From NCBI GenBank assembly GCA_051362555.1, contig CM120646.1, positions 23,684,001-23,748,000 on the forward strand: a stretch of DNA of 64,000 nucleotides, written 5' to 3'. The notes below the pieces were generated by a model, which saw only the letters and a program-made list of their open reading frames with translations, did no database searches and had not been told where the DNA came from. This document shows positions 13,972 to 64,000 of the stretch, piece after piece. The DNA comes from Lingula anatina (lineage: Eukaryota > Animalia > Brachiopoda). Numbering within the stretch: the first letter of the stretch is position 1; every line of letters begins with the position of its first letter. The position numbers and the translations under genes were made by a program.

Positions 13972-16900
13972 AGGAAGGAGGAGAGTGAGAGAGGGAGGGA
14001 GGAGGAGGGAGAGAGAGGCAGGCAGAGAGGCCAGGGGTGGGGGTGGGGGTGAGGTACCATGTTTTCCCCCCATATATCACTGCTATCCATATCACACATA
14101 CCTTCTATTGTCTTGGTTTCAATACTTGTCTATGTGGAGGCGTGGCTACAAATTGGCAATACTTGACAGAGGAGTTAATAGCGTGATGATGGATACAGAG
14201 AAGACAGTGTGGAAGTGTGTATGAAATATCTGCCTGGCACCTGCAGGTCAAAGGTCAAAGTGTATATTCAGGTGTGATGACAGGAGCTCTGTAGACTGTA
14301 GGATTATAGGTCCCTGGGTGGTGGTGGTGGGGGGGGGGGGGGGGTCAGCCCACATATAAATTGCAGACTGGTAGAAATATAGGGTTCCTGGGGGGTGGGG
14401 TGCAAGCCCACATATAAACTGCAGACAGGTAGGAATATAGGGGAAGGGGGATGCAGTTAATGCATGTGTTGATCTGCAGGCTAATAGGAGGATAGGGGCA
14501 GTCATCACATGATACTGGTTTGTGAAATTACTGAACAACCTACCCTCTGTTTAGCATAGTCATATCAATTCCAGGGACCATCTCATAAAATAACTTGAGT
14601 TTTAAAAAAATTGTTGACTTTGATCCAGAAAAATTCAGTAGCAGATGTGGGTTTTTATGGGCCCACAGTTATTGTTTACAAACAGAAATACATAAAGGGT
14701 TTTTAATGAAATGGCTCCACAAGTCTCATACACGTAAAGCAGACTGTAGATAGAAAAGCGTAGAAATGAAGGAAATAAAAAGGATCTTTTGGCCAGAAAT
14801 AAACATCATGATGTGGGTTTAAAATAAAATTGTTCTCAGCAATAACAGAAAACAACTGACCTCCCATTACAGCCTGTTACATTAATGTCTAGATGATGGG
14901 GGTGAGGGGGGGGGGGGTGAAGTCATTCCTGCTACCTCTCTCCAAATATTACATTAATATCAGTAGTAAGTAGTGTTGATAATAAGAAATGACATGGTCA
15001 ACTGTTACCAGCAATTAAGATACAGTGATAATGGGAGTCCTTTCAGGATACTTATGGCTGGAGTTATGACCTCAGTTCAACCAAGGACAACATTTTATTT
15101 TACTCTTCTGTATTGTTGAAATTTTTCTTTACCTGCTTTTAACTAAAGATCACATTGCTAAGTATATCTTTGTTGTTAGTGTATATATATTTCAATGAAA
15201 AGGTAAAGATTCATTATATTCTGTGGAGTTTTTTAAGGATGAAGGAGAACAAGATGGTGTTCCAGTATGTGACAAGTACACAGGTTATATCACTGTAGAC
15301 CATGTATGTCCCTGAAGAAAACAATGCTTATAACCACAGCACCATGTATGTTAGATTCACAGATCAGATCTATCAAGTTTAATTTTGTTAGACATTTACA
15401 CAAAGATTCAGGCTATTTAATTTAGATATCAATTTGTTTTAAATGTCAGTTAGTCCCCAGTTGATTCAGATTAATTACAAGCCAAGCTATTTGTTCTGAG
15501 CTGTTGGAATCAAACTCATGAGAAGTCGGGATGTCTTTCTCCTTTGCACAGATGGCTACTCAGAGAAAACATGACAAATTATTAATATTTAACATTTCTA
15601 TAATTTACCAAAAAGAGGTAATAATAATAATAGAGGGTCCAAACCTTAAAAAAAAGTGTAGAATTATCTCTGTTTTATCAACAGCAGTTCATGTAAATCC
15701 ACTAAATCCATCCTGATCCAGTACATGTAGGAGTGAAGATAGTGCGAGGAGACCACACATCAGTCTCCCTGCCTCTATCTGGTTGTTGCCTCACCAGGGG
15801 AGAGATAAACCTATCGCCCACTGTTCAGAACTGACGGCCTGGTCAAAACTGGCCCATTGTTTTAATACTTTTCTTCAAGATTATCCTCCCAGGTCCAGTG
15901 TAAAGGAAATTGTGCCTTACCATGCTATTGCTTCATCTTCTTGTGTAAAGACAGATAACGAAACAAGACTTGATGATCATATGGGGAGAGATTGAGAGGA
16001 ACTGGGCAGTTTGAATTGATAATGAGGCCAGATAACGGAGAAGACCCACAGTCAAGATAGTAAGACCTTAGGCAGGAGGGCCATGTTTGTTGATTAAAGA
16101 GGCCAGATTAGGGAAGAGTACACAATACTGTGCTGATTAAGAAAATACACAGGGTAACGATACCTAGCCTTCACTAATGATTCCACGCGTACCAAGCATG
16201 GAGTCCTCATTTTCAGTTCTTACCATCATGTGATAGAGCTGTACTGCCCCTTTGCTTCAGAATGAAACAGGAAGCAAAAGTTGATGTCATGCTAATTCAC
16301 AGGCTTTGTTTCAGTTTGCTTAGAGATATATCATAGTGATAAAGCTTTCAAATTGATTTTGAAAATTGACAGTTGAGTAGAGATAGGGCTGCTGATAACC
16401 CTTGCTCTAGAAAATTTTATTTTAGCAGCAAAAAATATATAATTTATTTTTAGAAAATCCAGTTGGCTACTAATTTCAATTCAAACATTCGTCTTCTAGT
16501 TTTGTATTCTGCAACTAGATCCTAATGTTTGTACAGATTCAGCTGAGACTGATGCATGTTTAAGTCACGTGTTAGATGAACTTATATAATCTCAGTGAGA
16601 TAGTGCAACGTAAAGCCTGGAAACCGTGCCATGGTGTTAGCTCAGTGGTCGTACAGCCACGTCGTGTTACTACACAGGTCTTGGGTACATAAAGTCACTG
16701 CAGGAGTAGAAGTACCATCTGGTCATCAGTCAATTTACCATCAACAGCAAGGTAGTTCCGATGAACAGTGTACAATACATACAACAGGATATAAAGTTAC
16801 AGTGGACACTCGTTGGATGAACTCCCCTGCAGCGCTCACCATTAAACTGTGACATGGTCTACTTGGCTACAAGATCTATAGGTCATACTTGGTGGTCAGC

Positions 16901-18416
16901 AGAATGTCCATCTCGACTGGATATTTCACATTATATGCATAAATCCCTTTGATAAAGTCAGCGGCCTTAGCAGTAGTGGACAGAGCGCCGATGACGGTGA
17001 CAGTCAGCCGTGGACAGTGACAAATTGTCCTCTGCGTCATCTGACTTTTTATAGTAACTGTACACTGTAATTTACTGGAAGGAGGACAGTGGCGAGTGAC
17101 AGTTTAAAATTCCGTTAACTGGACAGGACAGCGACTAGGACATCTGTCCAAGTTAAACAGTGTAGGCTATACAATAGGAAGACTGTGTTTGTCAGGAAGA
17201 TAGGAACTCTGCTGTAAGGTGGACCGTGTTGACAACTGAATAGGATGAAAACTCAGGGATTAAGATAGAAGTTGGTCAGATTGACAGTGAATGCCCAGAG
17301 ACTGGGCTCTAGGAAAGTTGAGTGAAATAATAATAAGCCAAAAGCTGTCAGCTGAACAGAGTTGTTATCAGAATAGAAACCCTGTAAGTCACCAACTGCT
17401 TCCTGGTCACAGAGAGAAGGTACATGCTGGAGGAATAGAAGATTGAGCTAGTGTTCCTCTTTTGTAGGACTAGTCAAGGACTGTGGTCAAGAACTGTGGT
17501 CGAGGACTGGACCAATGTTAACCTAACATCATGAGAGTGCTGTGTAATGCAACGTAATTATGTGTTTTTTTTTCTTAATTTTTTTTTACAATCACGTGAC
17601 TTGTCTTAGATATAAATCTGAAATCCACTTACTAGTATAAGTTATAGTTATGCATTGGCTAGGTGTAGAAATCTAAGGTGTATTTGAATAGAAACTAACA
17701 GTTGAAGTTATTTGAAGTTATGCAAAAGAAAACACCCATCAACTGTCATTATTTTCTTTTTTACATGGGAGCGGGTGAATTAACAGCAAAATCAGGGCAC
17801 TGTGATAAAAATTCAAATATATTCTAGGATACAGTGCCAGTATATAAGATGGGACGGTGCTGCTTTAACAGGCTAGCAATGAGAAGCAGTATATTATCAG
17901 TGGGACATAAGTGCAGCACGAGTTAAGATATACTGTGGGAATACTGGTAAATGCTGTGGTCAGGCAATCTCTCCTTTGGTATGGGATGTCCGTCTTCTGT
18001 CCAGGCATAAAGTGGACGCCATGAGATCTGCTGAATGGCGCCTTTATCGTACCTGAGAGTTTTTTGTTGTGATAGAGAAATTAATGAGAATTATTTTTGT
18101 GTTCATGTCTTACATTTAGAAGACATTAAGAAGTAAATCATCTGGTGTGTGTATATTTATGTAAATTGGTAGTTATTTCAGAACAAACAAGAAATTTAAG
18201 TGAAGAAAATGGAGAATGATGTTCATTCTATTATGGTGATGTGTGGCTGTGGTGAAAATTATGATAATGGTGTTTGTTTGTTTGTCATGGCAGGTTTATA
18301 TTTGTATTATACGATTATCCTGGTGCATGGAGGAAGTTTATCCTAAAAACTCAGATAATGTATTTTTTGTGTGGTCTTTCTGATTATTAATCTGTCTGTT
18401 GGATATATATATAGTA

Positions 18417-18448
<32 letters not shown>

Positions 18449-19822
18449 CCCTTAATGAAGCAGGGGCAATGAGCCACTAAACTAGGATCAATACAAGAAC
18501 AGTTCAATAACAGCTGTACGCTAGCAAAATATAGTGTGGAGTCTCTTGTATTTTTTTTCCTAAGTCTTAATCAGTAAAGCTTTAAATGAAGGTCATTCTA
18601 CACATTTGTATGTTAGAAGACAAGTAACAGTGTGCATCTTGTATTATATTTATTCTGTATTTGCTGAAGCAGGTTTAGGTAATGGGAGTTTTTCAGAACT
18701 TGTGTTAGTAAAATCTTACCATAGTGGTAGGATGTGTGTGTGAGTTATACAAATAATAGCGTACTAGTACTTGACAGACCCACTTAGGTCCATTGTATCT
18801 TTCCCCTTGGCACACACACATATATACACTGAACACTGCTCCTAGAGCCAAGAGGCCCAACATTTATTATTTATTAATCAGTGATAACAGGTTAACTTGG
18901 GAGACAAGTGTTTGATGATTGGCATTGTGTGTGACATTGAGCTGTTATTTGAGGTATCATGTTACAATAGAATCACCTTGTGGCAATATTTGTCTGTGGA
19001 ATGTTAAACCGCACGTAAAAACAGGAAATGTGGGGTGTAAGGATGACACCAAGGTTGAGGTACAGCTGATCTTGTGATCTCTCTGTCATAGATATGTTTT
19101 TATAGCTACTGAAAAAATTTTATTGGAACTGAAAAAAATTCTTTATTTTACACAGTTAGTACTAACTTGTATTACTGTCAAATTAAGTGCTACCTGAGCT
19201 TGTTAAAGACCAAAGAAATTGAAAAAGTGAAAGTGAAAATGTAACTAAAAAATATCCATAACATTCTGATGTTGATAAAGGCTCTCTGTCAACATGAGGC
19301 AAACATATTACTTTTTGTGTTTCCTTATGTTCAAAGATATCTGACAAATTCAATGTGTTAGATACTTAAACAACATCATACCAGCTGGTAGACAGTGACT
19401 AATACATGTCAGCCTTGGGTGGACTTGGTTACCTCTGCTTGGTCTATTTTCATGGTGTTCATCAATGTACTGTTCTTTCATATAGGTCTAACCAGTTTTT
19501 GTGGTGTTATTTAATGATTTCCACTTTGGAATATGCTGGAGAAAAGCCCAAATATGAGATGTGGCACCTGGGGACCACATTATACCCACCAACTTGAAAC
19601 ATGATCATCAAATGGTGCTTAGTTACACTTGGGTTTTTATATCTGACTCACATATTCTATGGTGTTCATACATAGATGTCTCATTACCTCATGGTACCTT
19701 GCTGGCCCAAACATGCAAAAGTCTATAGAGAACATGGCTCTATTGGTGCCTTACATTGGCTCCAGTAGTCTGCTCCAATGGTGTCAGCATGATGTGATAT
19801 TGGCATCATTTTGTCTTTGCAG

Positions 19823-59137
<39,315 letters not shown>

Positions 59138-60220
59138 TGTTAGCAAGATACAACTGAGATTGTAGGAATACTGATAAATATGTGCTTTAGCAAACTCATG
59201 ATTTGATGGAATTTTTTTCTTTAAATACAAAGAATTTGCAAAGGAATTTGCTGTTACTGGTATTTTAGTGCTTGCATCTTCATTTTTAAGACTAAGTAGA
59301 ATTCTACAGTTTACACTCAGAATTTCATGGTATCATACTGCTGTTGTTTTAAGGACAATTGAATGGGTAACCAGTTCCAAAATTCATGTATATTGAAATA
59401 GAGAAAAGTAAGCCTCAGTTTTTATGGCTAAGGTCAGCATTTTGTATCTTAAGAGGCTAAAAGAAGTAGTCTCAACAATACAGTGGTCTTTACTTCAAGC
59501 ATTTGCATAGAATTTTTGCTTTTAGTAGTCTTGAATTTCAGCCATTGACATTGGTATTTGTATATTAAAATACTTTCATATTTTATTTACTCTTTTATGC
59601 AGTTTTGAATGGCAACCAAGCTAGTATTATTGATAAATCTTGCAGGAGTATTTTACAACAGGCTTGTAGGCAATTTCTTAATTTTATTCAATTTTTACAA
59701 GCATTTATTATCCTGTAAACTTGCAGCAGCAGGATCAGACGCAGTGCATCATACTATGTCATAATGATAATACATCATGTTTGTTTTTCATTCTGAACAA
59801 GGAAACTGTTTGACCTATTTCTATATAAGCGGTCAATCTGTGTCAGTATTGGAATTGTGTGTACGTGTAAATACTCATCTACTGCCTTGTATATAATGCC
59901 ATTTTCACCATCGTTGACTGGGGAATGTACTTATTACATGTGTATGTAAACGTCATTGATTTGACTGTGCTTGATGAGGGACATGTTCAGTTGTGTGTGT
60001 TTTGGACCTGTGTGTAAAAGACAGGGCGGTATATACTCAAGAGTAACTCTGCTTTTACTACAAAATGTTTCATAAATGTCAAGGTCATGTTCCTTAGTGT
60101 TTGCATTTGAAAGTAAAAATAGTTTATTCATCAACTTACAAAAGCGGTACCATAAAACTGTTTCAGCAGTTGAAGTCATGTTTGCTTAATCTTATAAATG
60201 TATTGAAATGCATTTTTATA

Positions 60221-60226
60221 AATAAA
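60221..60226 (+). promoter_or_regulatory. Candidate polyadenylation signal of the RhoGAP gene
   Basis: AATAAA about 1.1 kb after the stop, followed ~15 nt later by a T/GT-rich tract. Confidence 0.5.
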
Positions 60227-60685
60227 TGAAACCAAATTTATTTTTTGTTTGTTTGTAATTATGAGCTCATATTTCACCCCTGCTATAAATGAAAAAATTC
60301 CTCGTCTCAACCCTGCTTCAGGTTTACATGTTAAAAACTACTACTGCAGTCAAACAGTGACTATATGTTAAATCTATTTTCATTCAAGATTTAAAATGAC
60401 ATTGCCCATATAGGTAGTACTTGTGAACTCGAATACAAGAGATCTAACAAATAACTTGACTGTCAAACAATCAGTTTTACTGAATACAACTTACAAAATG
60501 TCCAGGAATGGCGTGTTTTTTCAGTGAACAGTCTTGTTAAAAAGGCAGTCAATCGGTACTGTGCCTTCAATCTATTGCCTATCCAGTGTCAGAGCCCGTC
60601 AAAGGGATTTTCCATGGTGGTAATAATATTGCCAGTCCCAATCATATTCGGATGAAACTAAGTTGTTTAAAGTCATGACTAATAA

Positions 60686-60905
60686 GACCCCATTCCCATA
60701 GATATTTAAATCGATCTATCCCCCTGGGGAGTCTCACTGGATTGGTGTCGGCTTAGGTGTCGGCTTAACAAGCTTAAATGTCTGTCCCGCACTCCAAAAG
60801 CTGTAAGGGGGTAATTAACTATGGTGCGCGCTCGGCTGACTGCAATTTAGCGTGAACCCCCAGGAAGTTAGGTCGATCTGAATCTAAATCTCTGGGAATG
60901 CACCC
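60686..60905 (-). mobile_element. MITE family A copy, inverted
   Basis: Reverse complement of the 23648 copy's interior; flanks TAA and TTA. Confidence 0.8.
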
Positions 60906-61453
60906 TTAGTCTCCCTTCATGCAATTTGATGTGATACGATAAGCAATCTACAAAAAAAATTGAAACAAAAATCTCACCAAAAACGAAAAAACGAACAAAA
61001 AGACCAACATACTTGCGAAAATTATTTTGTAAGTAATAACCAACTACGGGGCCTTACAACTTTAAAAAAATAAAATTGTTCGCTATGTTCCGTGCGATCT
61101 TTTGACATCGTTTCTGTCTGGAATGATCTGTTGAAAGGGGGGCACATGGAGTAATGTGTTAAACCTCTGTCTCAACCGGTCGCACGGGCTCTTACAGCCG
61201 GTTTGCGTCCAAAATGTGTGCAGTATCTCACGTGCCACAGGTCTTTCTTGCGAAATTGTGCTTTGCAATTAGCGTTCCTGTTTGAAAAATCATCTCACGT
61301 GGCTCCTGCGACTTGCAAGACAGACTTGCGCCTTTCTAACGCATTTCTGACAAAGCCCTTGCAACGTTTTCTGTACATCTCCACGGCCTCCACTGCACCA
61401 AAATTCGCAGGGGATGTGCGATCCTAAAATTCGCGCGCACGGTTGTCGCCGAG

Positions 61454-62093
61454 GCATTTATATCATCAAGATTAGATTACTGCAATAGTCTCCTCTTTGT
61501 TATTTGTGACTATCAGATTAAAAAGTTACAAGTTATTCAAAGCTCAGCTGGAAGACTGGTTTGTCAAATAAAGTGCAATAGTACACACCATATAACTCCC
61601 ATTCTGAAAGAATTTCACTGGCTGCCTGTGAAGCAGAGGATTGATTATAAAGTACTTTGTATTATTTTAAGGCGATCCATACACAAGGACCAATATATTT
61701 ATCTGATCTTATCGGTCCACACGTTTTAATACTGAGAATTACCTTATTTTAGAACAATCTGTTTTAGAGAAGGGGTCTCTCAAAAGTTATGGTGATCGGA
61801 CTTTTACAATCTACGCCCCAAAGTGTGGAATGCCTTACCAAATTTTATTAGAATAGCAGAAGACTTTGACAGAACTACCATTTTAAATCCCTTCCTAAGA
61901 CCCACCTTTTTAAATCTTAAGATTTTGTATATATTTTAACAGGATTGAGGTTTTAGTAGTGTTAATTTTAAATGGTTTCCAATGAGTGTTTTAGATTTAA
62001 ATATTGTTAAAGTAGTCATTTTAATTATTTTAGTTATATAATCCATTATTGTAAGGCGCCTTGAGGTAGCATGTAAGGCGCCATATAAGAAGC

Positions 62094-62131
<38 letters not shown>
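61454..62131 (+). mobile_element. 5'-truncated, frameshifted L2-clade LINE fragment with 3' tail
   Basis: Translates AFISSRLDYCNSLL...HITPILKEFHWLPVKQRIDYK...YGDRTF...WNALP...FLKTHLF across frameshifts. Followed by TGTAAGGCGCCTTGAG...AAGGCGCCATATAAG and an (ATT)n tail typical of L2 3' ends. Confidence 0.88.
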
Positions 62132-62137
<6 letters not shown>

Positions 62138-63694
62138 GTTGACGTGCACTCTCCGTGCAGCTTGATGACTGTTGGTTTTCGGTGGAGCAAGTGCGTTCTT
62201 GAGTACTCGGGTGATCCTGATGAAGACACACACATCTTCAAATGAAAAAAGAAACATATTTCCTATTGTAATACCTTTAAAATACCACAGAGGAGATAGG
62301 AAAAGACGACCAGCAAGAATGCCCCAGAACTACCATGCGGTGTGTTGTGTGACACGTTTTCATATCATATACTCCATATTTCTACAAGTGTTCTCTGCTC
62401 AAAATACCAAAAGAAAAAAGATTATCTTGGCATGCCGTTAAAGATCAGCCTCAACTTCGTGCCCACGGCTACACTCACGCGTAATTCCAGCTAACTTCAC
62501 GTCTTACACTAAGTCACAAGACGCAGGCACAATCTTATCTCCTCCTTATTAATAACACTACATAGGCTACCTATCTTAAAGGAATACAACTGTTCCTAAG
62601 ATATTCATATTACACAATAAATACATTATAATAAATTGTATTTTACCACCAAAACGGCGGTTAACGCAATTATTCTGGAATTTTTGTGTTTGCCATCACA
62701 TCACGTGACCTCCAAAGATGGCCACACTCTGTAATAATCTCTGAAGAGAATATTACAAAAAACAAACTTAAAAAAAAACAGGGATTTACTTTGAATGTCA
62801 GAACGGATTCATTAACCATTGGTAAGTATGGGATAATTGTCCTTTACCCCAGGAAAATTCATTTTTTTGGCCAAAATGAACAGCTGTTACCCCTTTAAGG
62901 TATCAGATATAGGCACTGACTTACTTGTCTTCAAAATACTGACCTACTTTAAAGTAACTACAAAACACACAGCACTTCCTCATTTTCATTCCAACCGCAA
63001 ACTGAAAGAACCTTGAGCAGAGATTTGTCCAATTGGTTTGTTACAGGTAAATATCTTTTCCTCACAAAAAGCAAATCAAATGTGAAAACAGAAGTACGAT
63101 GACGTATTCGAAAGCATGTCTAGTTTATAACAAGGAAACAAAGAGTAAAATGAAAGTAGAAACATCACGAAGGGGCGGATCCTAGCACTTTTTCTGACCC
63201 AGTTACATACACACAATAATCCCGGCCCAGTTACATACAATTATCATTTACCATCACCATCATCATTGTTATCATTATTATTATTATTATTATAAATTTG
63301 ACAAAATATTAACACCAGTAGTTAAAATTCAAAGGGAGGAATTTATTTAAATAGTGTATTTGTCAGAATATAATCTACAATGTAATATCATAAGGAAATA
63401 TGTAAGAAGCGAGGGGGCAGATGGGGGTGGGTCGTGAAAAATGCTGCGTCTTGTTAGCCTTGTGGTTGACTTGTCGAATGTTTGGACGACCGGACGTGAG
63501 AGTTAACGATTGTACTCGTGTACTTGAACGTCCAGTGGGAATTCAGAAGTTCAAATGAATATTGGAGTTCAGAAAAGAATATTGATATTTGGTACGTTCA
63601 GTACAAAGCGGCTGGTTTATTCCTTTATAAAAGTTGATCTTAGCCCTATTTTAAGGAACATCTTGGAATACGGGCCTAAAAAAAATTAAAAAAA

Positions 63695-63729
<35 letters not shown>

Positions 63730-64000
63730 AGTAAATCATTATAGAATGAAAATTGGGTGGAGACTTTGCTCTCGGAGTGACTTTGATGATTTTGAATTTA
63801 GGTAGGCATGTTGGTTTATATAGTCCTCCATGGAGCTGATTTTCACAAGAGAAATGTACACGATAGCTGCTTAAGGAAGACTAAAAGTTACTCCAGACCA
63901 ACCTTACATTTTAAGGAATCCTCAGCCGAAAATAAAGGAAATCTTTAAGCAAAGGCAGATTCTAGAAATGACCGATTCCTTTGCTAAGGATGATTGTTAA

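Noticed and set aside
15700-17500. Slightly GC-richer stretch that might hold extra 5' exons or a nested gene
   Set aside because: No ORF with recognisable motifs and no phase-consistent splice pair that I could support.
62215-62256. Hammerhead ribozyme (CTGATGA...GAAA)
   Set aside because: No properly positioned stem II/GAAA or flanking stems could be built.

Overview
Eukaryotic, AT-rich, CpG-depleted animal DNA with GT-AG introns. An invertebrate (possibly a mollusc) is an impression from composition and repeats, not something the sequence establishes. Most of the window is one + strand multi-exon gene encoding a PX-SH3-RhoGAP protein of the ARHGAP32/33 (Drosophila CdGAPr) family. About 20 exons from 19823 to 59137 join in consistent phase into roughly 2,100 aa; the 5' end is unresolved. 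The intron that splits the PX domain holds an apparently intact, very recent 8.8-kb Ty3/Gypsy (Metaviridae) LTR element in sense orientation (33182-42005). It has 422-bp LTRs with no visible differences, a 4-bp TSD, PBS, PPT, gag, a -1 frameshifted pol and a third ORF encoding an F-type (errantivirus/baculovirus-like) envelope protein. The least explained pattern is that three separate splice sites of the host gene are each tandemly amplified: a donor x3, a donor x~44 with variable (TA)n linkers, and an acceptor x~9, six of whose AGs are in frame without stops. The rest is PIF/Harbinger-like and hAT-like MITEs, an L2 LINE 3' fragment and simple repeats. All coordinates, counts and comparisons were made by eye.
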